Below are positions 36,521 through 50,433 of a stretch of DNA of 64,000 bases, piece by piece. Location of the stretch: assembly GCA_030390025.1 (NCBI GenBank), contig JASTWF010000033.1, positions 4,280,001-4,344,000 on the forward strand, in the 5' to 3' direction. The DNA is from Squalus acanthias (lineage: Eukaryota). The notes under the pieces are model-generated. The model made no database searches. It had not been told where the DNA came from and saw only the letters and a list, made by a program, of their open reading frames with translations. Position numbers and translations under genes: made by a program. The first letter of the stretch is position 1, and the number at the start of each line of letters is the position of its first letter.

Positions 36521-37588
36521 CACAAATAGCAGTTGCTGCAAATACTCAGCAGGTCAGGCAGCATCCGTGAAGAGAGAAACAGAGTTAACGTTTCAGGTCG
36601 ATGAACTTTCGTCAGAATTGGAAAAAAGCAGGAAATGGAACAGATTGTTAAGCAAGTGCAGTGGCTGGGAAATGGGGGAGGGGATGAGAGAACGAAAGGG
36701 AAGGCCTGTGATAGGCTGGAAGGCAGGAGAGATTTAGAGACATTGTGATACATTAAGAGATATTCAAGGCAAAAGAGGATGGTAATGCGACAGGTTAAGA
36801 AATAAATGATTGCTCTAGATGAAGTGTAAATTGCGCTGGCAGAATGGAAGACAGCTGCCCTGTGGAAGAGAAGAACAGAACAAAAGTGTGGATAAAATAT
36901 ATATATATATGTTATGATCTGAAGTTGTTGAATTCTATGTTGAGTCCAGAGGGCTGTAAAGTGCCTAATCGAAAGATGAGGTGCTGTTCCTCGAGCTTAC
37001 GCGGAGGACGGTGAGGTCTGAGTGGGAGTGGAGCCGTGAATTAAAGTTACAGGCGACCGGAAGCACGGGGTCCCCCATACGAACTGAACCGAGGTGTTCC
37101 ACAAAGCGGTCACCAATCTGCGTTTGGTCTCCCCAATGTAGAGACCACATCGTGAGCAGCGAATACAGTATACTAAATTGAAAGATGTACAAGTAAATCT
37201 CTGATTCACCTGGAAGCGGTTTTTGGGGCCCTGGACAGTGGGAAGTGGGGAGGTATAAGGGCATGTGTTGCAACTCCTGCGCTTGCATGGGAAGGTGCTG
37301 GGGGAAGGGGTGTTGGGGGCGTAGAGGATTGGACGAGGGTGTCGTGGAGGGAGCGTTCCCTACGGAATGCTGAAAGTGGAGGTGAGGGATAGATGTGTTT
37401 GGTGGTGGGATCACGCTGGAGGAGGCGGAAATGGCGGAGGAAGATACGTTGAATGTGGCGTAAAAGGTGAGGACAAGGGGAACAATATCGTGGTTCCGTT
37501 TTCACTATCCCCTCTGACCTTCACCTCTCTGACCCCGAATGATCAGCCCTTAGCAAAAGGCCTGAGCTTCATCCCCTGACGCCCTTAC
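36521..37588 (-). mobile_element. Penelope-like element fragment (linker + GIY-YIG endonuclease + 3' repeat) with an inverted N-terminal piece
   Basis: RFTCTSFNLVYCIRCSRCGLYIGETKRRL (GIY-YIG) and HFRLLQRDPTTKHIYPSPPLSAFRRERSL. The plus strand at ~37498-37588 reads VFTIPSDL...KGLSFIP. Confidence 0.88.
36584..36618 (-). ncRNA. Minimal hammerhead-ribozyme motif in the Penelope terminal repeat
   Basis: Minus strand ttCTGACGAaagttcatcgacctGAAAcgTTAa fits CUGANGA - stem II - GAAA - palindromic aacgtt - UH. Confidence 0.6.
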
Positions 37589-38069
37589 GTTTTTGGCAAC
37601 ATACCTTAGGAAGGTAATATTAGGCTTAAAAAGTGAAGCGTAGATTTACCAGAATGATACATAGATGCAAGGGACAAATTACAATGGGAGATTTTACAAA
37701 CTTGGGATATATTCCGATGATTGGCCCGTCTCGGAGTACGGGACATAGACTCAATATTAGTTCCAAGCCTTTCAGGAGAGAAGTTAGGAAAGGTTTCTTC
37801 ATGGAATGGGTGGCATAAATTTGGAACACACTTCCGCAAACAGCACTTAAATCTGGGTCAATTGGCAATGTTAAACTTGAGATTGATTGATGTTGGTTAA
37901 CCAAATTTATTAAGGGATCTGGTGCACAGGGATGCAAACGGAGTTCGATCACAGATCCAATTGAATGGCAGAAAGGCTCGAGCGATTAAAAGGCCGAGTT
38001 CTGTTGTTATTCTCATTGCTAAAGGATCAGAGCACGAATGTAGAAATGAATATCGTGATTTAAAAGCAG

Positions 38070-38142
38070 CGCCCGAAAAGGGACTTGAACTCTGGACCCT
38101 AAGATTAAAAGTCGGATGCTTTACCGACTGAGCTATCCGGGA
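38070..38142 (-). pseudogene. trnK: tRNA-Lys(UUU) pseudogene
   Basis: Reverse complement tcccggatagctcagtcggtaaagcatccgacttttaatcttagggtccagagttcaagtcccttttcgggcg has several stem mismatches. Confidence 0.85.
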
Positions 38143-39837
38143 TCTTGCTGACAAAACTTCACAAAAGGACTTTCATTGGCTGCAGTGCCTCATTGCACCT
38201 TCGAAAAATTCAATTTTCTTGTCCATAATCCAGCCTGTACAGCTCATTTCTCCCACAAATCCAGATTGACGGCTTCACGCCAGAAATATTCTCCCTCTCA
38301 CAAGCGACATGCTCTTTAGCAGTGGGGTCAAATGTGACAACTGCCGTCCCTCAAATATCTGTATTGGATCTTCAACTTTTCCCCGTATTTACGATTGACT
38401 TGGATGGAGCAATTGAGCGCCGTAGATCCAAGTTTGAAGATCGCACTAAGTTAGAAGGTCCGGTCGTAGTGCAAATGGGAACGGGAGCAAACCAAAGGGA
38501 CAGAGACAGACGACGTAAGTCGGCAAAACAAAAGGCAAATCGAGTTCACTGTGCCCAAGTGTGACAGCATCCACCTTGCAACATTATGAGATAGTTCGGA
38601 GTATTTTCCAAATAATTGGAAGCTATTAACTGTTGAGGAGTAAAGAGGTTTATGAGCCCCAGTTCACAAATCATTAGTAGCTGGCAGACATGGAGCAAAA
38701 TACAGTTTTATTGTCCTGGTTAGGAAATTGTTTGCGCGACAGGAGACGCAGTTTACGGATAATGATCTGTTACTTTATTTGGCAGGATATGACGAGTGGT
38801 GTCCGTGAGGGATCTCTTATGTGGCCTCATCTATTCACCGATTTTACTAACGACTTACTTGATGAGATTGAGAGCCAAACATTCAAGTTTAACGATGACA
38901 AAATAGATAGGCGGCATTATAAGCAGTATAGGTGGAAGCAAGAAATTTGGTCATATATTCATAGATTAAGTGAATGGGCAAATCTGTTGCAAATTGATTT
39001 AAATATTAGCAAGTGTGATGTCATCCACTTCGGATCTAAAAAGGGGCTTTTAGAATACACTCTATACAATGTTAAGCTGGAAACATTTGAGATCCAAATA
39101 GACTTAAGGGTCCAAATACATATATCATTTAATGGTCATGGACAGGTACAGAAAAGAATCAAAAAAGGCTGAATGAAAGGTGATTCTTATATCTATAGGA
39201 TGACAATATAAGGGGGAGAAATTATGCAACAGCCATACACAGCACTGGATAGACCACACCTGGAGTACTGTGTGCAGTTCTGGGCATCACACCTTAGGAA
39301 GGTAATTTTAGGCTTAAAAGGTGAAGCGTAGATTTACCAGAATGATACACAGAGTCCAAGGGACAAATTACAATGGGAGATTGCACAAACTAGGGATATA
39401 TTCCCTGGAATTTAGAAGCTGACGTGGTGATTTGATTGAAGTATTCACGATATTAAGTGGAACTGATAGTGACGATAGAGCGAAGCTATTTCCGATGATT
39501 GGCCCGTCCAGGAGTACGGGACACAGACTCAACATTAGTTCCAAGCTTTTCAGGAGAGAAGTTTGGAAAGGCTTCTACATGGAATAGGTGGGAGAAATGT
39601 GTAACACACTTCCGCAAACAGCATTTAAATCTGGGTCAATTGGCAATGTTAAACTTGAGATTGATAGATGTTGGTTTACCAAAGATATTAAGGGATCTGG
39701 AGCAAAGGGAGTTCGATCACTGATCCAATTGAATGGCAGAAAGGCTCGAGCGGTGAAAAGGCCTCGTTCTGTTGTTATTCTCATTGCTGATGGATCAGCG
39801 CACGAATGTAGAAAAGAATATCGTGATTTAAAATCAG

Positions 39838-39910
39838 CGCCTGAACAGGGACTTGAACCCTGGAGCCTCAGATTAAAAGGCTGATGCTCTACCGACTGAG
39901 CTATCCGGGA
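39838..39910 (-). tRNA. trnK: tRNA-Lys(UUU) copy, full length, probably a pseudogene
   Basis: Reverse complement tcccggatagctcagtcggtagagcatcagccttttaatctgaggctccagggttcaagtccctgttcaggcg; G1 to T and stem mismatches, A and B boxes intact. Confidence 0.85.
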
Positions 39911-40193
39911 TCTTGCAGACTAAATCTCACAAAAGGACTTTCATTGGCTGCATTGCATCATTGCACCTTCGACAAATTCCATTTTCTTGTCCATAATCCA
40001 GCCTGTACAGCTCATTTCTCCCACAAATCCAGATTGACTGCCTCAAACCGGCTTCACGCCAGAAATATTCTCCCTCTCACAAGCCACATGCTCTTTAGCA
40101 GTGGCGTCAAATGTGACAACTGCCGTCCCTCAAATATCTGTATTGGATGTTCAACTTTTCACCGTATTTACGATTGACTTGGATGGAGCAATT

Positions 40194-40870
40194 AAACATA
40201 GAAACATAGAAAATAGGTACAGGAGTAGACCATTCGGTCCTTCGAGCCTGCACCGCCATTCAATGCGTTCATGGCTGAACATGCTACCTCAGTACCCCAT
40301 TCCTGCTTTCTCGCCATACCCCTTGATCCCCCTAGTTGTGAGTGTTATATCTAACTCCCTTTTGAATATATTTAGCGAACTGGCCTCAACAACCTTCTGT
40401 GGAAGAGAATTCCATAGATTCACCACTCTCTGGGTGAAGAAGTTCCTCCTCAGCTCAGTCCTAAATGGCTTCCCCTTAATCCTTAGACTGTGACCCCTGG
40501 TTCTAGTTTTCCCTACCATTGGGAACATTCTGCCCGCATCTAATTTGTCTAAACCAGTCAGGATTTTAAATGTCTCTATAAGATCCCCCCTCATTCTTCT
40601 GAACTCCAGAGGATACAAGTTCAGTTGACCCAATCTTTCTTGATATGTCAGTCCGGCCATCCCAGGAATCAATCTAGTGAACCTTCGCTGCACTCCCTCA
40701 ATAGCAAGAATGTCCTTCCTTAAGTTAGGAGACCAAAACTGCGCACAATACTCCAGGTGTGGCCTCACCAAGGCCCTGTACAACTGCAGCATCACCTCCC
40801 TACTCCTGTACTCAAATCCCCTTAATATGAAGGCCATCATTCCGTTTGCTTTCTTGACTGCCTGCTGCAC
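40194..40870 (-). mobile_element. Young 3' CR1 fragment inserted in an array unit
   Basis: Open 193-aa ORF2 C-terminus almost the same as 53998..55284; (catagaaa)n tail; a few target bases deleted, no TSD. Confidence 0.92.
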
Positions 40871-42295
40871 TGTAGATCCAAGTTTGAAGATCGGAATACG
40901 TTAGAAGGTCCGGTCGTAGTGCAAATGGGAACGGGAGCAAACCAAAGGGACAGAGACAGAAGAAGTAAGTCGGCAAAACAAAGGCAAATCGAGTTCACTG
41001 TGCCCAAGTGTGACAGCATCCACCTTGCAACATTATAAGATAGTTCGGAGTATTTTCTAAATAATTGGAAGCTATTAACTGTTGAGGAGTAAAGAGGTTT
41101 ATGAGCCCCAGTTCACAAATCATTAGTAGCTGGCAGACATGGAGCAAAATACAGTTTTATTGTCCTGGTTAGGAAATTGTTTGCGCAACAGGAGACGCAG
41201 TTTACGGATAATGATCTGTTACTTTATTTGGTAGGATATGACGAGTGGTGTCCCTGAGGAATCTCTTATGTGGCCTCATCTATTCACCGATTTTATTAAC
41301 GACTTACTTGATGGGATTGAGAGCCAAACATTCAAGTTTAACGATGACAAAATAGATAGGCGGCATTATAAGCAGTATAGGTGGAAGCAAGAAATTTGCC
41401 CAGTTATTCATCGATTATGTGAATGGGCAAATCTGTGGCAAATTGATTTAAATATTAGCGAAGTGTGATGTCATCCACTTCGGAAATAAATAGGGGCTTT
41501 TAGAATACACTCTATGCAATGTTAAGCTGGAAACAGTTGAGATCCAAATAGACTTAAGGGTCCATGTACATATATCATTTAATGGTCATGGACACGTGCA
41601 GAAAAGAATCAAAAAGGCTGAATGAAAGGTGATACTTATATCTATAGGATTACAATATAAGGGGGAGAAATTATGCAACAGCCATACAAAGCACTGGATA
41701 GACCACACCTGGAGTACTGTGTGCAGTTCTTGGCATCATACTTTAGGAAGGTAATATTAGGCTTAAAATGTGAAGCGTAGATTTACCGGATGATAAAGAG
41801 AGTCCAAGGGACAAATTACAATGGGAGATTGCACAAACTAGGGATATATTCCCTGGAATTTAGAAGCTTACGTGGTGATTTGATTGAAGTATTCACGATA
41901 TTAAGTGGAACTGATTGTGTCGACAGAGCGAATCTATTTCCGATGATTGGCCCGTCTCGGAGTTCGGGACACAGACTCCATATTAGTTGCAAGCCTTTCA
42001 GGAGAGAAGTTAGGAAAGGCTTCTACATGGAATGGGTGGCAGAAATTTGTGACACATTTCCGCAAACAGCAGTTAAAGCTGGGTCAATTGTCAATGTAAA
42101 AATTGAGATTGATAGATGTTGGTTAACCAAAGATATTGAGGGATTTGGAGCAAAGGGATGCAAACGCAGTTCGATCACAGATCTCATTGAACGCCAGAAA
42201 GGCCCGAGCGGTTAAACGCCCTGGTCCTGTTGTTATTCTCATTTCTAAAGGATCAGAGCACGAATGTAGAAATGAATATCGTGATTTTATAGCAG

Positions 42296-42368
42296 CGCCC
42301 GAACTGGGACTTGAACTTTGGAATTTCAGATTACAAGTCTGATGTTCTCCCGACTGATCTATCCGGGC
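42296..42368 (-). pseudogene. trnK: Degenerate tRNA-Lys pseudogene (its counterpart is deleted from the left arm)
   Basis: Reverse complement gcccggatagatcagtcgggagaacatcagacttgtaatctgaaattccaaagttcaagtcccagttcgggcg. Confidence 0.8.
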
Positions 42369-42599
42369 ACTTGCTAACTCAATCTCACAAAAGGACTTTC
42401 ATTGGCTGCAGTGCATCATTGCACCTTCGACAATTTCCATTTTCTTGTCCATAATCCAGCCTGTACAGCTAATTTCTCCCACAAATCCAGACTGACTGCT
42501 TCAAACCGGCTTCACGTCAGAAATATTCTCCCTCTCACAACCGACATGCTCTTTAGCAGTGGCGTCATATGTGCCAACTGCCGTCCCTCAAATATCTCG

Positions 42600-43918
42600 C
42601 CCCAAATCTCAGAGTAACTCTTCTCACTTTTCCCATCTCCCTGTACTATTCCGATTACTGCTTGGGCTCCCGGAGCCCCTTACCTATCCGAAAGACTGTT
42701 CGCAAACTTTTCTCTAAAATATATATCTTCCATTTCGTTTTTACTTTCCAACCCGATAAGAATGCCTTGTAACATTATAGACTGAACCCGTCCTCGGCAC
42801 GTTTCGAAAACAACAACCCTGACTCGGCTCGCCAATTTGTAGAGATTCACCTATCTTTGGTAAACAGTTTCGAGTGCAAACCAATATCGTGGGTACATTG
42901 TGTTTAATCGGAGTTTAGTACGAATATAACACACTAGTAAAACAGCAAAAACATACGACCGTGACAAGCAGCTGGTATCAGACCCGATCAGCATGCGTAA
43001 ACAGTTCTCTGGCCTCTTCTCCCTCTCTCTCCGTCGATAGAACCTCCAATGCTGAGCATGGGCTCGCTCTCAATAAGAGCGTTCGACCAGCCCAACTTCT
43101 CTTTGCAACTTCTGTTCGGATCTCCCCTCCACCGTCTGTGGGCAAGCCCTTGGAGTTTCACTTTTTATTCTCCCTTTAGGGTTGGGCCTGAGGCCAAGTT
43201 ATTGACAAGACCAGTTAATCGGTAGAGGTTCCTCTAAAACTTCATCAACCAATGGCAGCTCAAGTTCTTTTTCTTGGATCTTGGATGAAAGCCTTCCCCA
43301 AAAGAGGGTCTCATCACTTCATCCAATTTATCTTTCTTGTTTTTCCATTTAAAGGTTCCTCCATTGGAATCCATCTTATCTCCTTTGAAAATATCCTCCT
43401 TAACCCAGCAAGTATAAGGCCCGCCCCTGTCCCTCTTAATCATGGCCCCAGCTAGAGCTGTTGCACATTAGCCAGTTGCTATCTCACCTTCATCTAGCAA
43501 ATGGCCCATTCTAAGATGGATAGCTTAGCCTCCTCAAATGTCTTTCATTCTATGCCTATTCCTAATTCACTTTTAATTATCTTGAAAAGCAATTCTGCTG
43601 AACAAATCCAAATTCTATCTGTGGAGATTATAATATGGTTCTTAGTAACAATGCAAGAAACAGGTTGGGCCTTCACTGGCCAAATTAAAGATACATAATC
43701 AAAGTCAAAACCCTAACTTACAAACCACAGATAACGTGCCTGACAGGACCATCCTATGGGCCCCCGTGTGGAATGTTAATGTTTCCCCTAATCTAACTGA
43801 TTAAAAAGACTGTCTCAAATTGTAATGCATGCTTTCCAGGAAAACGGAACTTATCATTTAAACACAGCATTATTCATGCAGCCATATTCATTTTTAGGCA
43901 CCCCTAGTTTCGAAGACA
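42600..43918 (-). mobile_element. Mirror 5' LTR (42838-43918, ~1.08 kb, undeleted) + PBS + leader
   Basis: Reverse complement of 14719-15571 plus extra sequence at ~42911-43390; the PBS appears as gactcggctcgcca at 42821-42834. Confidence 0.75.
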
Positions 43919-46643
43919 TTGCACTGTTCTATTGCATTGCAAATAACAATCATATTGCAAAGCGATATTCCATTGCAATGTGCTATTGCCTTGCAAATGA
44001 CTATTACATTGAACGTGATATTCCATTGCAATGTTCTATTGCAATACAAATATCTACGATATTCCTAAGTTATATTCCATTGCAATGTGCTATTGCATTG
44101 TAAATGACTATTATAATGCAAAGTGATGTTCCATTGAAATGTGCTATTACATTGCAAATGACGATTATATTGCAGCGATATTTCATTGCAATGATCTGTT
44201 GCATTGCAAATGACTATTATATGGCAAAGTGATATTCAAATGCAATGTTCTATTGCATTGCAAATGTCGATCATATGGCTAAGTGATATTACAATGCAAT
44301 GTACTATTGCATTGCAAACGACTATTATATCTAAAGTTATGTTCCATTGCAATGTTCTGTTGCATTGCAAAAGACTATTATATTGCAAAGTGATATTCCA
44401 TTGCAATATGCTATTGCATTGCAAATGACGAATATATTGCCAAGTGATATTCCATAGTAATATTGTATTACATTACAAATGTGTACTGTACTGTTAAGTG
44501 ATATTCTATTGCGATATTTTATTGCATTGCAAATGATTATTAAAATGCAAACGTAATTTCCATTGCAATGGTCTCTTGCTTTGCAAATGACGTTTCTATT
44601 GCAAAGTGATATTCCATTGCAATGTTCTATTGCTTTGCAAATGACTACTATATCCTTAATTGATATTCCATTGCAATGTGCTATTGCATTGCAAATGGCT
44701 ATTGAATTGCAATCTGATTTTCCATAGCAATGTAATATTGCATTGCAATTGACTATCATATTGCAAAGTGATATTCCATTGCAATGTTCTATTGCATTGC
44801 AAATGACGATGATATTGAAATGATATTTCCTTGCAATGTTCTATTTCATTGCAATTGACTATTTTATGGCAAAGTGATATTCAATTGCATTGTGCTATTG
44901 CAGTGCAAATTAATATTATATTGCAAAGTGATATTCAATTGCAATGTGCCATTGCATTGCAAATGACTATTATATTTCAAAGTGATATTCCATTGCAATA
45001 TGCTATTGCATTGCAAATTTCGAATCTATTGCAGAGTGATATTCCATTGCAATGTGTTTTGCATTGCAAATGACTAATATATTGCTAAGTGATATTCAAT
45101 TGCAATAGTCTATTGCATTACAAATGACTAATATACTGTTAAGTGATGTTCCTTTGCAATATTATATTGCAGTGCAAATTATTTTTACAATGCAAAGTGA
45201 AATTTCATTGCAACGTTCTCTTGCTTTGCAAATGACGATTCTATTGCAAAGTGATATTCCATTGCAATGTTCCATTGCTTTGGATATGACGATTCTATTC
45301 CAAAGTGATATTCCATTGCATTGTTCTATTGCATTACAAATTACTACTATTTCCTTAATTGATATTCCATTGCTATGTGCTACTGCATTGCGATTGAGGA
45401 TTATATTGCTAAGCGAAATTCTATTAGAATGAGCTAATGCATTGCAAATGACTATTTTTTGCAAAGTGATATTCCATTGCAATGTTCTATTGCATTGCAA
45501 ATGACGATTATATTGCAATGATATTTCGTTGCAATGTTCTGTTGCATTGCAAATGACTATTACATGGCAAAGTGATACTCCATTGCAATGTTCTATTTCA
45601 TAGCAAATGACGATCATATTGCTAAGTAACATTCCATTGTCATGTGCTATTGCATTGCAAATGAATATTATATTGCAAATTGATATTCCATTTCAATGAT
45701 GTATTGCTTTGGATATGACGATCCTATTGCAAAGTGATATTCCATTGCTATAATCTATTTCAAAACAAATGACTACTATACTGTTAATTGATATTCCATT
45801 GAAATATTCTATTTAATTGCAAATTATTATTACAATGCAAACTGAATTTCCATTGCAATGTTCTCTTGCTTTGCAAATGACGATCCTATTGCAAAGTGAT
45901 ATTCCATTGCAATGTTCTATTGCTTTGCATATGACGATTCTATTTCAAAATGATAATCCATTGCAATGTTCTATTGCAATACAAATGACTACTATATCCT
46001 TAATTGGTATTTCCTGGCAATGAACTATTGCATTGCAAATGGCTATTGAATTGCAAAGTGATATTCCATTGCAATGTGCTATTTCATTGCCAATTACTAT
46101 TATATTGCAAAGTGATTCTCCATTGCAACACGCTATTGCATTTCAAATGACTGTTATATTTTAAATTAATATTACATTGCAATGTTCTGTTGCATTGGAA
46201 ATAAGTATTATATATGAAATGTGATACTCCATTGAAATGTTCTATTGCATTGTAAATGACTATTATATTGCAAAGTGATATTCCATTGCAATGTGCCAAT
46301 GCATTGCAAATGACTATTATATTATAACTTTGTATTAGAATGCAAACTTCTATTGCATTACAAATGACTACTATTTTCTTAAGTGATTTTCCATTGCAAT
46401 GTGCTATTGCATTGCAAATGACGATTATATTGCAGTGATATTTCATTGCAATGTTCTATTGCATTGCAAATGACTATTATATTGCAAAGTGATATTCCAT
46501 TGCAATATGCTATTGCATTGCAAATGAATGATATATTGCAAAGTGATATTCCATTGCAATATGCTATTGCATAGCAAATGACGAATATAAGCAAAGTGAT
46601 ATTCCATTGCAATATTGTATTACATTAGAAATGACTACTATAC
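43919..46643 (-). repeat. 54-bp satellite block (inverted)
   Basis: Reverse-complement units. Confidence 0.95.
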
Positions 46644-47539
46644 TGTGTACGGAAGGCTGATATTTGAAGATATTTAGTGTACGAGAATCATATATGTATA
46701 ACTTCAAGTGTAGCCATTGACCAAATAATATAGCCCACAATTACTCCTGGGTAGCTACAATCTCAGAATTGTTCAAAATGTAGTGCGCAGTCTGAAGCAG
46801 TTTTGACTAAACTTTGATAACAAACAGTTACAGGCTGCTAGTGCAGGACAAATCATTAAATTACATACTACGATGCTAAGTAGAACTTAGATTTCGCTTA
46901 ATAAAACTAATCACAACAATATTTAAAGAATAATTTGTATAAAGACATAAAATGAGAGAGATCATGGAGATAAGGTATTTAGCTGGTAGATTAAAGTGAG
47001 ATAGTCTGCATACCTCAAGACGAGTGAAACAGAGCTGATATGGGCCCTTGGTATAAAGGCCTTGTACCAGGGAAGCTCGAGATGAAAGAGATAAAGTCAA
47101 TTCCAATGGGGTGCAAATTTATAAACAAGATAACACTGAACAAGGCAAAGTTGGTGGAAAAATACTGGAAAGGCGGGATGCTAACTTAGTCGAAGTGACA
47201 ATGGTATGTTAACCATTAGAACCAATTATAGAAGGTGATTTTGTTGAAGACCATATATGTACACTGGCCAAACGAAGTTATTGATAAGAAAAGGGTTTAA
47301 ACCGCGATACTCAAAGAACAATTTTACACAGACGTACTGCGAGAACAGAGGAAAAGATTTAAGACGACGTCATCTGTATCCGAGAGGTTCCAGAGACCTA
47401 GGGCTGCGAGCTACTCGCTAAAACTATGGCCGAATATTAAGTATATTACGCTGTATGATTAATAAATCTTGATCTATTGCTCAAACATACTGGCTGCTGC
47501 CTATTGATGTATTGTCGAAGAACTCAGAGATCATTAACA
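46644..47539 (+). mobile_element. Mirror copy of probable solo LTR 11311-12206
   Basis: Near-identical reverse complement; AATAAA at 47461; TG...CA ends. Confidence 0.72.
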
Positions 47540-48690
47540 TCTTAAGTGATATTCCATTGCAATATTCTATTGCACTGCAAATTATTGTTACAATGCAAAC
47601 TGAAATTCCAAATGCATTTTTCTCTTGCTTATGAAATGACGAATCTATTGCAAAGTGATATTCCATTGCAATGTTCTATTGCATTGCAAATGACGATTAT
47701 ATAACAATGATATTTCATTGCAATGTTCTATAGCATTGTAAATGACTATAATATGGCAAAGTGATATTCCATTGCAATATTCTATTGCATTGCAAATGAA
47801 TATTATATTGCAGGCGATATTCCATTGCAATGTGCTATTGCATTGCAAATGACTATTATATATTACAAGTTATGTCCCATTGCAATGTTCTATTGCATTG
47901 CAAATGACTATTATATTGCAAAGTGATATTCAATTGAACATTGCTATTGCGTTGCAAATGATTAACATATTCCAAAGGGATATTCCATTGCAATTTGCTT
48001 TGCATTGCAAATTACTATTATATTGCAAAGTGATATTGCATTGCAATCTTCTATTGCATTGCAAATGACGCTTATATTGCAATGATAGTTCATTGCAATG
48101 TTCTATTGCTTTGCAAATAACTATTATATGGCTAAGTGATATTGCATTGCAATGTTCTTTTGCATTGCAAATTACGATCATATTGCTAAGTGATATTCCA
48201 TTGCAATGTGCTATTGCATGGCAAATGAATATTACATTGCTAATGATCTTCCATATCAACGTTCTATTGCATCACAAAGGACTACTGTGCTTTTAACTGA
48301 TATTGCATTGCAATATTCTATTGCATTGCAAATGACGATCATATAGATAGAAATTCCATTGCAATGTTCTATTGCATCACAAATGACTATTACATTGCAA
48401 AGTGATATTCCATTAGAATGAGCTAATGCATTGCAAATGACTATCAAGTAGCAAAGTGATATTCCATTGCAATGTTCTATTGCATTGCAAATAAGTATTA
48501 TATTGCAAAGTGACATTCCATTGCAATGTTCTATTGCATTGCAAATAAGTATTAAATTGCAAAGTGAAATTCAATTGCAATAAGCTATTGCATTAAAAAT
48601 GACGAATATATTGCAAAGTGATATTCCATTACAATGGGTTTTGCATTTCAAATGACTATTACATTGCGAAGTGATATTCCATTGCACTTA
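47540..48690 (-). repeat. 54-bp satellite block (inverted)
   Basis: Reverse-complement units. Confidence 0.95.
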
Positions 48691-50433
48691 CAATACATAA
48701 TTTGGTTCTGTCTTCACAAAGGAGGACAGAAATAACCTCCCAGATATGTCGGGGAACATAGGCTCTAATGAGAGGGAAGAACTGAATGAAATCGGTATTT
48801 GTAGGGAAATGGTATTCGGGAAATTATGCGGATTGAAGGCCGATAAATCCCCAGGGCCAGATAATCTACATGCTAGGGTACTTAAGGAAGTAGCACGAGA
48901 AATAGTAGCTGCATTGCTGGTCATCTTCCAGAATTCTATAGATTCTGGAACAGTTCCCATGGATTGGAGGGTAGCTAATCTAACCCCACTGTTTAAAAAA
49001 GGTGCGGGAGAGAAAACGTGGAATTAATGACCGGTAAGCCTGACATCGGTAGTGGGGAAAATGCTAGAGTCCATTATAAAAGATGTACTAGCAGAGCACT
49101 TGGAAAACAGTGACAGGATCGGACAAATTCAATATGGATTTACAAAAGGTAAATCATGCTTGACTAATCTCATGGAATTTTTTGAGGAAGTAACTGGTAG
49201 AATAGATAGGGGAGAACGTGTGGATGTGGTGTATTTCAACTTTCAGAAGGCTTTCGATAAGGTCCCGCATATGAGATTAGCGTGCAAAGTTAAAGCACAT
49301 GGGAGTGGGGGTAAGGTACTGACTTGGATAGAGAACTGGTTGGCAGACAGGAAGCAAAGTGTTGGAATAAACGGGTCTTTTTCCGAGTGGCAGGCAGTGA
49401 CTAGTGGGGTACCGCAGGGATCGGTGCTAGGACCCCAGTTATTCACAATATATATTAATGATCTAGACGAGGGAACTGGATGTAATATCTCCGAATTTGC
49501 AGACGACAGAAAGTTGGGTGGGCGTGTATGTTGTGAGGAGGATGCAGAGAAATTCCAGTATGATTTGGAAAAGTTGGATGATTGGGCAGGTGCATGGCAG
49601 ATGCAGTATAATATGGATAAATGCGAGGTTATCCACTTTGGTGGCAAAAACAGGAAGGCAGATTATAATTTGAATGGCAATAGTTTGAGAGAAGGGGAAG
49701 TGCAACGCGACCTGGGAGTCCTTGTGCACCAGTCGCTGAAGGTAAGCATGCAGGTGCAGCAGGCGGTTTCGAAGGCAAATGGTATGTTGGCCTTCATAGT
49801 GAGAGGATTCGTGTACAGGAGCAAGGATATCTTGCTGCATTTGTACAGGGCCTTGGTGAGACCACACCTTGAGTATTGTGTGCAGTTTTCGTCGCCTTAT
49901 CTGAGGAAGGATGTTCTTGCCATGGAGGGAGTGCAGCGAAGATTCACCAGACTGATACCTGGGATGGCAGGAATGACATATGATGAGAGATTGGGACGAT
50001 TGGTCTTGTGTTCGCTCGAGTTTTGAAGAATGAGAGGGGATCTCATTGAAACTTATAAAATTCTAACAGGAATAGACAGACTAGATGCAGGAAGGATGTT
50101 CCCGATGGCGGGGGAGTCTAGAACCAGAAGTCACAGTCAGAGGATAAAGGGTAAGCCATTTCGGACTGAGATGAGGAGGAATTTCTTCACCCAGCGAGTG
50201 GTGAACCTGTGGAATTCTGTACCAGAGAAGGCAGTTGAGGCCAAATAATGAAATATATTCAAGTAGGAGTTCGATGTATTTCTTAAGGCTAAACGGTTCA
50301 AGGGATATGGGGAGAAAGCAGGGACAGGGTACTGAATTTGGATGATCAGCCATGATCTCATTAAATGGCGGAGCAGGCTCGAAGGGCCGAATGGCCTACT
50401 ACTTCTCCTATCTTCTATGTTTCTATGTTTCTA
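48691..50433 (+). mobile_element. Mirror copy of the 5'-truncated CR1 at 8170-9910
   Basis: ORF 49052..50026 matches 8663..9550; same truncation point and flanks. Confidence 0.93.

Larger units (their letters stand above)
36311..42599 (-). repeat. Mirror tRNA-Lys/CR1-remnant tandem array (4 copies), interrupted by Penelope and CR1 insertions
   Basis: Reverse complement of the 1.77-kb unit; tRNA copies at 36447, 38070, 39838 and 42296. Confidence 0.92.
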
